49,423 nt of DNA from Paraspadella gotoi (GCA_051294375.1 CM119264.1:29292686-29342108), one strand, 5' to 3'; numbered from the stretch's first letter, positions 1-10,927 are shown. Translations and numbers: made by a program. The notes: generated by a model not told the origin, from the letters alone.

Positions 1-252
1 AAATATTATTTATCAAATACAATGTCGAATTACATTTTACCATTTCATCTTACATTTTGGGCAGTTACGGATTTTTATGTTTTTCCTCAAAATAATCTTG
101 TTTCAAAAAATGGTAACGTCGAATCGTCTTACGGCGCCTCAAGAACGGTTGTGAAGGTTTCAGTAACTAGGCAACTCAAATAAACATATATCGACGACGC
201 CGTAACCAGCGTTAGTACGACTATGCAGTGCAATACAGCTATTCAGTAAACA
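1..252. repeat. Copy of 3327-3578, ending at an N gap
   Basis: aaatattatttatcaaatacaatg...cagtaaaca matches 3327-3578 with no difference I could see; followed by a 25-N gap (253-277). Confidence 0.9.
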
Positions 253-289
253 NNNNNNNNNNNNNNNNNNNNNNNNNATGAAATTGGTT

Positions 290-802
290 CCATTGGGATT
301 CCTCCCAACAGGATTCCTCCCACGCGGGATTCCTCCCACGCGGGATTCCTCCCACACGGGTTTCCTCCCACACGGGATTCTCCCAAGGGATTCCTCCCAA
401 TGGAATTGCTCCCACACGTGATTCCTCCAAAGGAATTCCTCCCACACGGGATTCCTCCCAAAGGAATTCCTCCCACGCGGGATTCCTCCACACGGGGTTC
501 CTCCCCACAGAATTCCTCCCATGGAATTCCTCCCACGCGGGATTCCTCCCACACGGGATTCCTCCCACACGGGGTTCCTCCCACGCGGGTATCCTCCCAC
601 GCGGGATTCCTCCCACGGGCGGGTTCCTGCCACGCGGGATTCCTCCCACACGGGATTCCTCCACAGCGGGATTCCTCCCACCGGTATTCCTCACACACAG
701 GATTCTCCCACACAGGATCTCCCACGGCGGATTCCTCCCACGCGGGATTCCTCCCATGCGGATTCCTCCACACACAGAATTCCTCCACGCGGGATTCCTC
801 CC
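290..802 (+). repeat. Minisatellite A, ~16-bp unit (cgggattcctcccaca)
   Basis: Dozens of degenerate tandem copies of gggattcctcccacac/gc. Confidence 0.95.
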
Positions 803-960
803 AAATTATGCCTGTTGACCAAATTATGCCAGTTGACCAAATTATGCCAGTTGATAAAATTATGCCAGTTGACCAAATTATGCCGGTTGACAAATAATGT
901 TAATTGACCAAATTATGCAGCTGACAAAATTATGTTAGTTGAACCAAAATTATGCCAGAT
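801..960 (+). repeat. Minisatellite B, 18-bp unit (ccaaattatgccagttga)
   Basis: Tandem 18-mers; they give the DQIMPV repeats in the ORF track. Confidence 0.95.
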
Positions 961-1311
961 GGGAGGAATCCTGTGGAGAATCCCACATGGGAAGAATCCC
1001 ACTTGGGAGGAATCCGTGTGGGAGGAATCAAGCGTGGGAGGAATCCCGCGTGGGAGGAATTCTTTGGGGAGGAATCCTGTGTGGGAGGAATCCGTGTGGA
1101 GGAATTCTATGGGGAGGAATTCCAATGGGGAGGGAATCCCGTGTGGGAGGAATTCCTTGGGAGGAATTCCGGTGTGGGAGGAATCCCGGGAGAATCCCGT
1201 GTGGGAGACCGTGTGGGGAGGAATTCCGTGTGGGAGGAATCCCACGGGGAGGAATCCGCGTGGGAGTAATCCGCGTGTGGGAGGAATCCAGTTGGGAGGA
1301 ATCCCGTGTGG
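960..1311 (-). repeat. Minisatellite A, inverted array (tgggaggaatcccg)
   Basis: Reverse complement of the 290-802 unit. Confidence 0.95.
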
Positions 1312-1497
1312 CAGGGATGTGGAGCCGACCTAATTTTGTCTCGGCTCGGCTCCGGCTCCAGCTCCAGGCCAAATTTTTTTGTTTCGCGGCTCCAGCTCCG
1401 GCTCCGGCTCCAAAGCAAATTTTTTTTCGGCTCGTCCGGCTCCGGCTCCAGAAAATTTCAACTCGGCTCCGGCTCCGGCTCCACTCCGGCTCCATTA
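1312..1497. mobile_element. Probable non-autonomous DNA transposon remnant with (GGCTCC)n arrays
   Basis: Begins cagggatgtggagccg, contains ggctcc hexamer arrays and ends cggctcca (partial inverted match to the start); a related end is on the minus strand at ~16545-16564 (cagagatgtggaagcg). Confidence 0.4.
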
Positions 1498-2367
1498 CTA
1501 TATATATAATTATGTAGATTCGAACCCGAGATTAACGATCCAGCTGCGGATCCAAGCCATAGCTAACTGGAAATTAGGGCCACTCAGATTGATATATTTT
1601 CTTTATTTTGAAACTTCCTTGATTATCATGTAAAATCATTTTAAACTAGACAAATGAACAACCTAATTTTTCAAAGCAAATCAGCTGACTCAAAGAGAAA
1701 GCTACATTCTTTTAGTTCTGCTTGGAAAACATTTCACTTAATCACAATTTTAGGAACTCAACTGGAAACCCATTATCGTTACTAATTTATTACTTATTAA
1801 TTATTATGATGTTTGCCATTTTACTGTGTTATTCAATTTAATAATTAATTGATGGATTTATTTGCTGGTTTAGTCATATAGATATTTGTAATGCTTGATG
1901 ATAAACAATGGAATATCTATATGCTTTGATTATTTTATTAAGGTTGCTTTTATTCAATTAACCAAGCAGAGTTGGTTTAAAAACGCTTTAATTCAAAGCT
2001 TGTAAAACTTTGGCATATGCATTCTGAGTATCCAAGACGCTCGTGCAACTTCGTTGGATGACGCCGCCACCTCAAGTGAAATTCAGGCCGCGCATCTACA
2101 ATTAAAATTTAAGAAATTAAATATTCATAATATATTCTTATAAATTATATAATTTATATTTTTATTATAATTAATATTTATTTTATATTATAATATATAA
2201 TATATTTTATATTAAAAATATATTATTATAATTAAAATATATTTAAAAATATTAAAATAATAAGCTAAATATTTTTTTTATTTTTTGGTGACATCCTCAC
2301 TTTTTGTAATTTAATTGTAAATTATATTTAGCATTCTCATTATGGTGATTTTACTTAAAACTCAGAT

Positions 2368-3012
2368 TATGGTTAAGGTTAGGGTTGAGATAGTTAAGGT
2401 TAGATTAGGTTGAGTTGGTTTGGTTTAGGGTTAAGTTTGAGTTGGTCATAATTAGGGTTAGGGTTGAGTAATTTAGGGTTAGGCTTAAAGTTAAGTAGTT
2501 TAAGGTTATGGTTAGGATTAATGTCAATTTTAAGGTAAAATTTTAAACAAAAAGCCGGCATTAGGGTTAAGGAAGGTACTGGCAATGGATATTAGGGAAT
2601 AAAGTTGAGGTACGAATATATAAGGGAAGCCCGGTCCTGGTGTTAAGGTTAGGGTTAGGAGAGAGGCATGAAGTTGAATGGGAGGCCTGGGTTAGGGTAG
2701 GGGAGAGGCTTACTGTTGATGCATCAAAGGCGGATAGGGTTAGGGTTAAGGCACAGAGATATATGGGAAGCCCAGGCCCGAGTTAGGGTTTAGATTTGGG
2801 AGAAAAGCATGGAGTTGAACGAGAGCTCGGGTTAAGGGAAAACCCATGGTTGATGCATCAAAGGCAGTTAGGTTTGGGTTTAGCACAGAGATGTACATAA
2901 ACAGAGGCCCGGGTAAGGGTTAGGGTTAGGAAAGACACACTTAGCGAGTCGAAGGTGGTTAGGTTGAGGCATGGAAATGTATGGGAGGCCTAGACCTGGG
3001 TTAGGGTTGGGG
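2368..3012 (+). repeat. Degenerate TTAGGG-rich repeat with a ~130-bp higher-order unit
   Basis: Many ttaggg/ttaagg variants; gttgatgcatcaaaggc recurs at ~2716 and ~2848. Confidence 0.75.
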
Positions 3013-3020
3013 AAAGGCTC

Positions 3021-3236
3021 CAATCCATCCATCAAATCGGACAGACAGACAGACAGACAGACAGACGGACATCAATTTTCTTGCATAATTTATCATAATT
3101 CGATGTTCTGACATGATATAAGTGAATTTCCGACAAGATTTGGGGGGGCGGACCGACGGACCGACAAAGTGAATTTAAGAGCTAAAAATTGATGTCCGTC
3201 TGTCTGTCTGTCTGTCCGATTTGATGGATGGATTGG
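3021..3236. repeat. Inverted repeat containing (GACA)n, possibly Helentron/DINE-1-like
   Basis: caatccatccatcaaatcgg(acag)n acggacatcaatttt at 3021-3079 is the reverse complement of 3185-3236; the family assignment is only a resemblance. Confidence 0.6.
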
Positions 3237-4509
3237 AATGAAATTTTGTTTGTGCTTTGTGGGTAGGAAAGTGTAGTTTATTGTAGTACAAGTGATGTGA
3301 AGCGCGTGCGTGTTCAAACTCTGCAAAAATATTATTTATCAAATACAATGTCGAATTACATTTTACCATTTCATCTTACATTTTGGGCAGTTACGGATTT
3401 TTATGTTTTTCCTCAAAATAATCTTGTTTCAAAAAATGGTAACGTCGAATCGTCTTACGGCGCCTCAAGAACGGTTGTGAAGGTTTCAGTAACTAGGCAA
3501 CTCAAATAAACATATATCGACGACGCCGTAACCAGCGTTAGTACGACTATGCAGTGCAATACAGCTATTCAGTAAACATACGACTATTCTTTACACTCTC
3601 TCTTTTTCTCTTTCTCTCTTTGCTGCATTGTCAGTTGCTTTGATTTCCCAATCCGAGCTTCCTTTCATGCTATTACGCTTTTTGCTTTAGAGCAAAAATT
3701 TTAAGCGACAACCCGGACTAAACAATAAGAGCCTTCAATCGGAAAATTCGCCGAACAATATCTGCAGCAGCAATGCTTAGTAAAAATAGATTATATGCCC
3801 CTCTCTCTCTCTATCACTATCGCTTTCATGCTATATTGCTTTTTGCAAGAGCGCGGAAAATCAGAAAATCAGTTCCGAACAATATCTGCAGAGATAAAAG
3901 GAAATAAAAATAAGAACATCTGAGCCAAATCCGTTGTTAGAGTGTCAATTTTAATTAAAAAAAATAGAATTTTTTGTTAAAAAATGTCATATTTTCTGTA
4001 AAAATAAATCAAATTATTCGAACTTAATAACATTCAGAAATGAATAATAATTAATCATTTAACATTTATAACATTTATAACATATGGTGGAATGATTGAT
4101 TACTTCAGTTTTAAAATTTAGTTAGTAGAAGAGAAATTATAAGAAAATTAATAATATAAAAATGATAAAAGGGAATAGAAAATATAATAAAATGATTTGT
4201 CATAATGCTTAATACACATATATATGACAATTGTTACAGCTACACCTTAATCCGATGACTATAATCTCAATGGCCCCGAATTTTGCAAACCTTGATAAAG
4301 TAAAATTCAACAAATAATTTTGTTCAGAATTGAGAATATAAAATTGTTCTTATATTTTTTTGGCTCTCTTCCTGAAATATTAAGGTCAGGGATCAATATA
4401 TTCAAATTGTAAAGATTTATAAAGGAGAGCGCTTGAAAATTTCAAAAATGTATTCACTTCTTTTTTTTTAAGACCTTCCCATTTTTTCCAATTTTTTATT
4501 ACTATAAAA

Positions 4510-4682
4510 TATTAGAGAGAGCAAAGAATTTTGAATTTTAACAACGATTTATATGCTGATGAAGGCTTGAAGTAAGCAAGCCGAAACATGTCCAACTATT
4601 AATAAAAATCGTTGTTAAAATTCAAAATTCTTTGCTCTCTCTAATACCTATAAACAACGAAAAAGAAAGGATTATCGCATCA
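4510..4682 (+). mobile_element. Penelope-like (PLE) pLTR remnant, palindromic insertion 1
   Basis: Perfect 41-bp inverted arms (4510-4550 / 4606-4646) around a hammerhead core; AATAAA at 4601; candidate 12-bp TSD tactataaaata at 4500-4511 and 4683-4694. Confidence 0.7.
4554..4594 (+). ncRNA. Minimal type I hammerhead ribozyme motif
   Basis: CUGAUGA(4556-4562)-A-stem II GGCUUG/CAAGCC-GAAA-CAUG-UC; palindromic ACAUGU stem III; stem I is only 2 bp. Confidence 0.75.
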
Positions 4683-7600
4683 TACTATAAAATAAAAAAA
4701 ACAATCTGAAAAGTTGCAAACCATCAAATGAATTTTTATATGCATTTCTTTAAGGTCACGTAGTCTATTTCTATAAAGAGAAATATTAAAGTTGTTGCGA
4801 TGCTCTCAACTTTCTCAACTCATTGTCAGGGAATATTTTAACTATCTATATAAAATTTAAACACTTAAATGACTTTAATATTTTCTACTCAACTAATTTT
4901 TAAAATTTTTTTACCGGCGCTCGGAAAATTGTCACCATGTATTCTAGCAAGACTCGCCACAACTCATACAATACAGGCGATGTGACCTCTTAGAAAAAAG
5001 GATTACTGTGTTTCATCTTTTTCATGCATGAAAATTTAATTTTTTTATTTTTGAAATAGGGTTATATGGTTTATAATATTTCATTTACACAAAGTAAAAA
5101 GAGCAAATGAAATAAATTTGAACGGTTTTTTGCCTCTAAGTTCTCTAAGCTAAATGTGTGTAAAAGTTAAGTATTGAAAGATACTGAGATACTTCTGCAA
5201 GCACAAATTAACACACAAAAAATATTAAAACTTAAATGTAAGAATTGAGCTTTCTGTTTAAAACTTGTTTTTACATAAAAATTTAAGTGAAGGAAAGAAA
5301 AAATTTAAGTGTAGAAATCTAGCTTACAGTTAAATTTTTTTTCTTTTGCAAATATTTTTTTATATTTTTGCATGGACATTTTAAGTATGATTGTAAAAAT
5401 ATTCTAATTATTTTTAGTAGAAAACCCCTTGGAGAGGTATTAGCTAATTGAGATTACTGAAACTTTAGGTTTAATGATCCCTGGCCTTAAGCAAAGATGA
5501 TGAATTTTTCTTTGTTTCGTGGATTCCATTTGGTACTGAAATGATTAGAAACGTTATCTTATATACCTGTTTATTTACTGTTATTATTCTTTAAAAAAAC
5601 TAGCTAAAGTTTTTCCCATAATTAAACAAGTTTGAACAAACATTGTCGGATCTGCCCACGATCATTATTGGTATTTAATTAATATTGTAAATTTATTCAA
5701 GTTATTAATGTAATTAGGTAATTAATTAATTAATTTGATCCCAATGTTTGTTTTTAGGTCTTTTTGTTTACTGACCCACGACAAAAGCATTGACGACGAT
5801 GAGAATAATACCGATAATGATTGACTTGATTTATTGACTGATTAATTAATTATTTATTAACTGACTAATTAATTAATTATTTGATTAATTCGCTCAAAAC
5901 GACGGCTGCAGAAGGAGGATGAGGCGTCTGTAACTCCCGTTTCTAAACAGGCAAGAAGAGGCGCCCACCCATCTCGCCAGCAGGCGAGAGGAGGGAGTTC
6001 GGTAGGCATATCAGGTCAGAGAGATGCACTCGGTCTATTTCCATCTGGTTCACTCCCAGATCCGACCTTGTCACTGTCTGTCACAATAGCCTTTTAACCT
6101 ATGACACGCCAATGACCCGGTTTCATCACCAGCATCCCCCATTTGCTACCCCCGGGCAGCTCATTTTGAGCTCTTTTCTGTTTCTTCATTTCACTTTTCA
6201 CTACTTATCTATCCCTCAAAATAACAATCTAATTTCCTTTTTCACTTTTCATTTTTCACTTTCTTTAAATTCAAATTTGCACTTAACTATTTTAGTTTAT
6301 TTACATATATTACGTTTGTCTATTTATTCAATTTATCATTGTTGTACATTGCTTAATGTATTTATCTAATTGTTAACCTCTACATCTCTCTCTGACAAAT
6401 TTCATTTTCATTTCCTCACCACCTTCTCTCTCTCTGCTCAACTTACCCTGTCCTCAAAACTGACTACTGTCCTTTTTGAATTACTTGTTGGGAGCATTTC
6501 TCTCTCTCTCTCCCTCCCTCCCTCCATCCCTCTCTCACGGCCGAGAGGGTGGAATCTGCCGACATTGCAGAGCCGTCCTGGTATAACTCATAACTGCATT
6601 GAGGACATCCTTAGCAGCTGTCATGGCGTCGGCGAAATTTACTTTGAATTTTGTCTTTGTTGCAGCATTAACTGATGTCTCGTCTTCTGTTGGAACATCG
6701 GCGTTAACCATGAGTTTGTCTTCTGTTGCACAAGCGGCGTCGTTGCACTTGATAGCATTAGTCACTAATTTATTGAGAGTGGAGGCGTTTTTGTAGACAA
6801 TGGAATTAGTTGGCATGAACTGTTGTAAAAGCGATAGTGGAGGTTGAGACTTCTCTTGTATTTGACGGCCGCCAACCAGGAGGGGGTGCTTTCACAAGGG
6901 ACGCGAGTGATGCTGGTGCAGGTACAGCTCCTGGTATGAGAGGCACTGCCATCGTTGATTTTGCTGCATTTGTTGTCGATTTTTGCAAGATGATGTCGTA
7001 AAAGTTTTTCATTTCACTCTCAGAATTGAATGCAAAAACAAAGTTTATAGTCCTTGCGTCGTCGATGATTTTAATATCCGTCATTTGACTTTACGCTCGC
7101 ATTTTCCATTCTGAAGCCCATCGCTGATGAAATTAATGTATTTATTACCAGAGAAATACTACTCTTAGTAGACCGGTGAATATGGCTATGTTGTTTCCCA
7201 CTTTGGTCATGAGAATTCCGTCGACAAAATGCACATGTGCCATAAAAAGTTTGGTCATATTTTCTATTTTTAATTCGTTTCAGAAGGGTTTCCACTGATT
7301 CTCGTCGGGCTCACCAGTTATGTAGGGGTACATAATTATATTTCATTGACAGTAAACAGATACAACAAAGAGATGTGTACATGTAGAGATCGAATATTGT
7401 GGACTGTAACCAGAGAACGGGACACTGGCTAAGAAAGATAGAGAGAGTCAGTAGCCGGCATCCCTTGCGACCACTAAACATAGTGGCCAGCTGGAAACCG
7501 TAGTCGCCACAAATGTATTTTTCGAGTTGGAAGGACAAAACAGTAAGAAAGTTTTATTTGGACGTAAATTGATACAAAACATACTATCGCTTCTTTTCAT

Positions 7601-7833
7601 TTCAGTTTCAAATGATTGATTTTACAAAATTTAATTTAACAACTTTGAAGTCATTAGCGTTCAATTTTAGAAATGGTGATGTCTCATAATTTCAAATACA
7701 AATAAAAAATTTAAAGGAAGGGTACAACAACATTAGTTATCTTAAAGTTATCCATTTATTCAATTAATAAGAAGTAAATAAATAGGAGAAGCAGCTTAAT
7801 GGTTTTGACACAGTAAAACAAAGCAATATACAG

Positions 7834-8426
7834 TAAGGCGTAGTAAAATTCCTAAATTTAACTTTAATTAAAATTCTAAAAGTGAGGAACAAACAACTTT
7901 ATACTAATGAACATTTATGTAATAAAAAAATTTATAATAGATTTTACAATTTACGCAGTAGGCCATATTTAGAATAGTACTAAACCAATAAATGTTAAAA
8001 TTTCGAAACAGTTTTTATAAGACTTTTTTGCAGATTTGGATTTGTCATAAAAAGTTTATAAAATGAAATATAACTCTTTTTAAAAAATTCCTTCATTAAG
8101 TGGGTCAAAAATTAGAAAAAGCTATATTTTGAGCTGGAAATTAATTTTTTATATATTAAATACAGTTTTTTTAATTTTTAACCCACTTAATGAAAGAATT
8201 TTTAAAAATGATTTATATTTTCTTGTATTAACTTTTGACGAGGAATTCAAATCTGCAATCAAAATTTAAAAAAGCCTATTTTGAAATTAAGGTTAGTACT
8301 ATATATAAATATAGCCTACTGCGAAAATTAAAAAATATAAAATTAATTTTTTTTACAAATTAATGTTCACTGATGGTATGTTGTTCATAATTAACTTTTA
8401 GAATTTTCGTATGTAACTATGCCTTA
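7834..8426. mobile_element. hAT-family MITE, copy 1
   Basis: TIR taaggcgtagt / actatgcctta; 8-bp TSD atatacag at 7826-7833 and 8427-8434; long internal inverted segments. Confidence 0.85.
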
Positions 8427-8455
8427 ATATACAGTCCTGTGCAAAAAAAGCATAC

Positions 8456-8689
8456 TATGGTGGACTAAAACCCACTAACCGTTCATCAGCGGCCATTAGT
8501 GCCGGAGGCAAGTCATTCGCCTCTCAACCCAAAGGTCCGGGGTTCTAGCCCGGTGGTCGTCTGGCAGTTAAGAGGGACGGGGCGCTTAACCCGCCTGTAA
8601 CATGGTGTTACAGCCTGATCCGAAGCTCAGGGATTGCTTATATTGAACGGTTCTATCACTAACTCATAACAATAATTACTGTCTCTTCA
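8456..8689 (+). mobile_element. tRNA-derived SINE-like repeat, family 1, copy 1 (carries twister motif)
   Basis: Near-identical to 22829-23059 and 23247-23481; tRNA-like head with acceptor gcggcca/tggtcgt and T-arm ccggg-gttctag-cccgg (B box); ends ctcttcaatactcttcaa. Confidence 0.8.
8563..8638 (+). ncRNA. Putative twister ribozyme, P5-type permutation
   Basis: P5 ggcagtt/gattgct; aagagg-gacgg; U^AAC at 8587/8588; P3 ctgtaac/gttacag; P4 cctga-tccgaagc-tcagg; T1 pseudoknot CCG/CGG; T2 GC/GC. Confidence 0.7.
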
Positions 8690-9575
8690 ATACTCTTCAA
8701 AGTTAAGTGACACTCGTTTTACACACATATTACAAAAAGTAATGATTGATGAATTGAACTAAGTTCGGAGAAGTGGCTGTCCTTGAATTCTAACTGACTA
8801 GGCTAATTCTGCGCATTGAATACGAAATGAATTCGGGTATAAATGGCGCAGAAGAGACGATGGCGCCGGTCAAGACGCCCTGGAGATGACGACGACAAAG
8901 TCTCGGTAGATAACGTCGGCTAAGGCCGAAAGGACGACGATCTACAAAGCCCAGGACTTGACGAAATGTCAATGACGTGTCTGATGCTTGAGAGTTGTAG
9001 AGTCTGTAGTAGTAGTTGAAGTTAGAAGTCCTGGGCAAGGAATAACAAAACATTTAGTACAAACTCAGCAAATATATATAAGTTTAAAGTGTCTTTCTTA
9101 CTTGTTTCTGAAGCCAATAATAAAATAGAGATGTTTCTCTCATAGAAAAGTCCACCAAACCAGCGATCACACAAAAAATAAGTTTCCGAGATATCTAATA
9201 AAAGAGTTTCTAAATGCTCTGAAAAGAACTAAAAACCCAGTGACAACTTTGAGATCTGAAGATACCACGTGGCCAGAATTTCGATCAGAATCAAATCGAA
9301 ATCTATCGAAATCACGGGCACCAATCAGAATCAGCTGTACACTGCCTTCGGAAATCTGTACTTTAGTATAAACAAAAGAGAGATCCTAAAGATGTCGTTG
9401 CGATCGCTAGAACGGAGGCATTTTCGATGTCAGTAATAAAGAACAAAAGAGCATGGGGAGAAAAGGTAGAGAAGCTGGATTTCCTCGTAATATAAAAGAT
9501 AGTTATTTCGTAACAATTGATAAATGTAGATTTTAAAATGAGAAATCCATATGTGTGAGTTATAAGAAAATTGGT

Positions 9576-9781
9576 GAGACATTGTGTTTTATTTTCCTTT
9601 CTGTTTCGTTGTGATTTGATTTAGAACAAAGTTTGAAGAGAGATTTAACAACGATTTTAACGATTTTAACGATTTTAACAATTGAATTGGCGCTGAAGAA
9701 GACTCGTATGTGAGTCGAAACATGTCCGTTTCACTATGAAATAAAAATCGTTGTTAAATCTCTCTTCAAACTTTGTTCTAA
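9576..9781 (+). mobile_element. Penelope-like pLTR remnant, palindromic insertion 2
   Basis: 38-bp inverted arms (9621-9658 / 9744-9781); shares aataaaaatcgttgttaa and an acaacgaaa.agaaagga tail with insertion 1; candidate TSD taagaaaattggt at 9563-9575 and 9779-9791. Confidence 0.7.
9689..9730 (+). ncRNA. Minimal type I hammerhead ribozyme motif
   Basis: Stem I GGCG/CGUU; CUGAAGA(9693-9699)-A-GACUC/GAGUC-GAAA-CAUG-UC; predicted cleavage after C9726. Confidence 0.8.
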
Positions 9782-10300
9782 GAAAATTGGTAAAGGAATT
9801 CAAGAGCTATAGCTTCCAAAAGACAAGTGGTCAAAAACATTCGTCATTTGAGTCACTTCAAAAAACTATTTTTAAAGATTTGCCAAAAACCGAAGATACT
9901 TTTTAGCCTTAATTTATGGGCATTGTATTTATGTTTTTTTTTAAATTGTGAATATGAAATAAGGACTTTTGAAAGAGGTATCTATATGTGTATGTATAAG
10001 TATATGTGTATAAGAAAATTGGTTCAGTCATTCCAGAGCTACACAAAAGGTTAAAAACACTTTAATTTTCTTCTGCTCTGACATTCTGTTTGAGTACTTA
10101 ATAATTGTAACTGTAAAAAATTTAAAAATCATTTCTTCGTAATGGATAGCCATAGATTAACCAAATTTACACCAATAATGTTTGTGGGTGTCCTCTTTTT
10201 TTCACAGGACTGTATAGTTTTTGCAGTTGTTTTTGTGCAATCTATGTAAGCTGTAGTTCATTGACTTCATTCAAATAGTGATGTCGTCGGCGATTCACGC

Positions 10301-10702
10301 ATGAGTCGCACGATTCACGCAAGAGTACCAAGGTACCTTGCTTATCATAAGGGTAAAATTTGCACTGCTTTACTACAGTACCACATTAAAAAAATTAAAT
10401 TTATAATAATAACTGAGGCAGCTCCTTTTCTATCAGGATCCTTTAAACCGTGCATTTTATCAGAGGCAAATAAATTAGCTGAGTATAAGAAGATAATAGC
10501 TTTAAAGTGGATGATGATTGGGATTATCGTGGTCCAGTCTCTTGTCGCAATCACTTTGCAACTCTTTCTTGTCTTCAAGACCAAAGGAGGAATAAGAGTC
10601 TATTTCCTCATTGATTATCTCGCCCTCATCGCCTTGCTCATCACAGGTTACTTTGACACGATGAGCAATATTTATAGACACATTAAGGATTGTGACCGAA
10701 CT
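10301..10702 (+). CDS. Divergent 7-TM receptor-like protein, exon 1 (start codon uncertain)
   Basis: ORF with two hydrophobic helices (IIALKWMMIGIIVVQSLVAITLQLFLVF; VYFLIDYLALIALLITGYF), ending at a phase-0 donor act|GTAAGT. Confidence 0.6.
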
Positions 10703-10927
10703 GTAAGTTTATTAGTGAGGTTAATAGCTGTTATGAGTAAATCGTTATATATAAATTGTACATTAGGCCGGAACAGGTTGAAAACTGGAAGTTCTCTCAA
10801 ATAAATAATGGTTAAGTGACTGTTAGAGAATATGAAAATGAAAATAATTTTTAAAATTTAGCCTATTGATAAGCGCACGGAAGCATTTAAAGATTATTTT
10901 ATTACTATATAAAGTTTAAGGTGGCTG

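Noticed and set aside
160-1517. Many overlapping ORFs (WEESRVGGIP, DQIMPV)
   Set aside because: They are translations of minisatellites, open in several frames on both strands.
8492-8560. Functional tRNA gene
   Set aside because: The anticodon stem is mismatched, the loop varies between copies, the D arm is poor, and it is always embedded in the same longer repeat. Treated as a SINE head.
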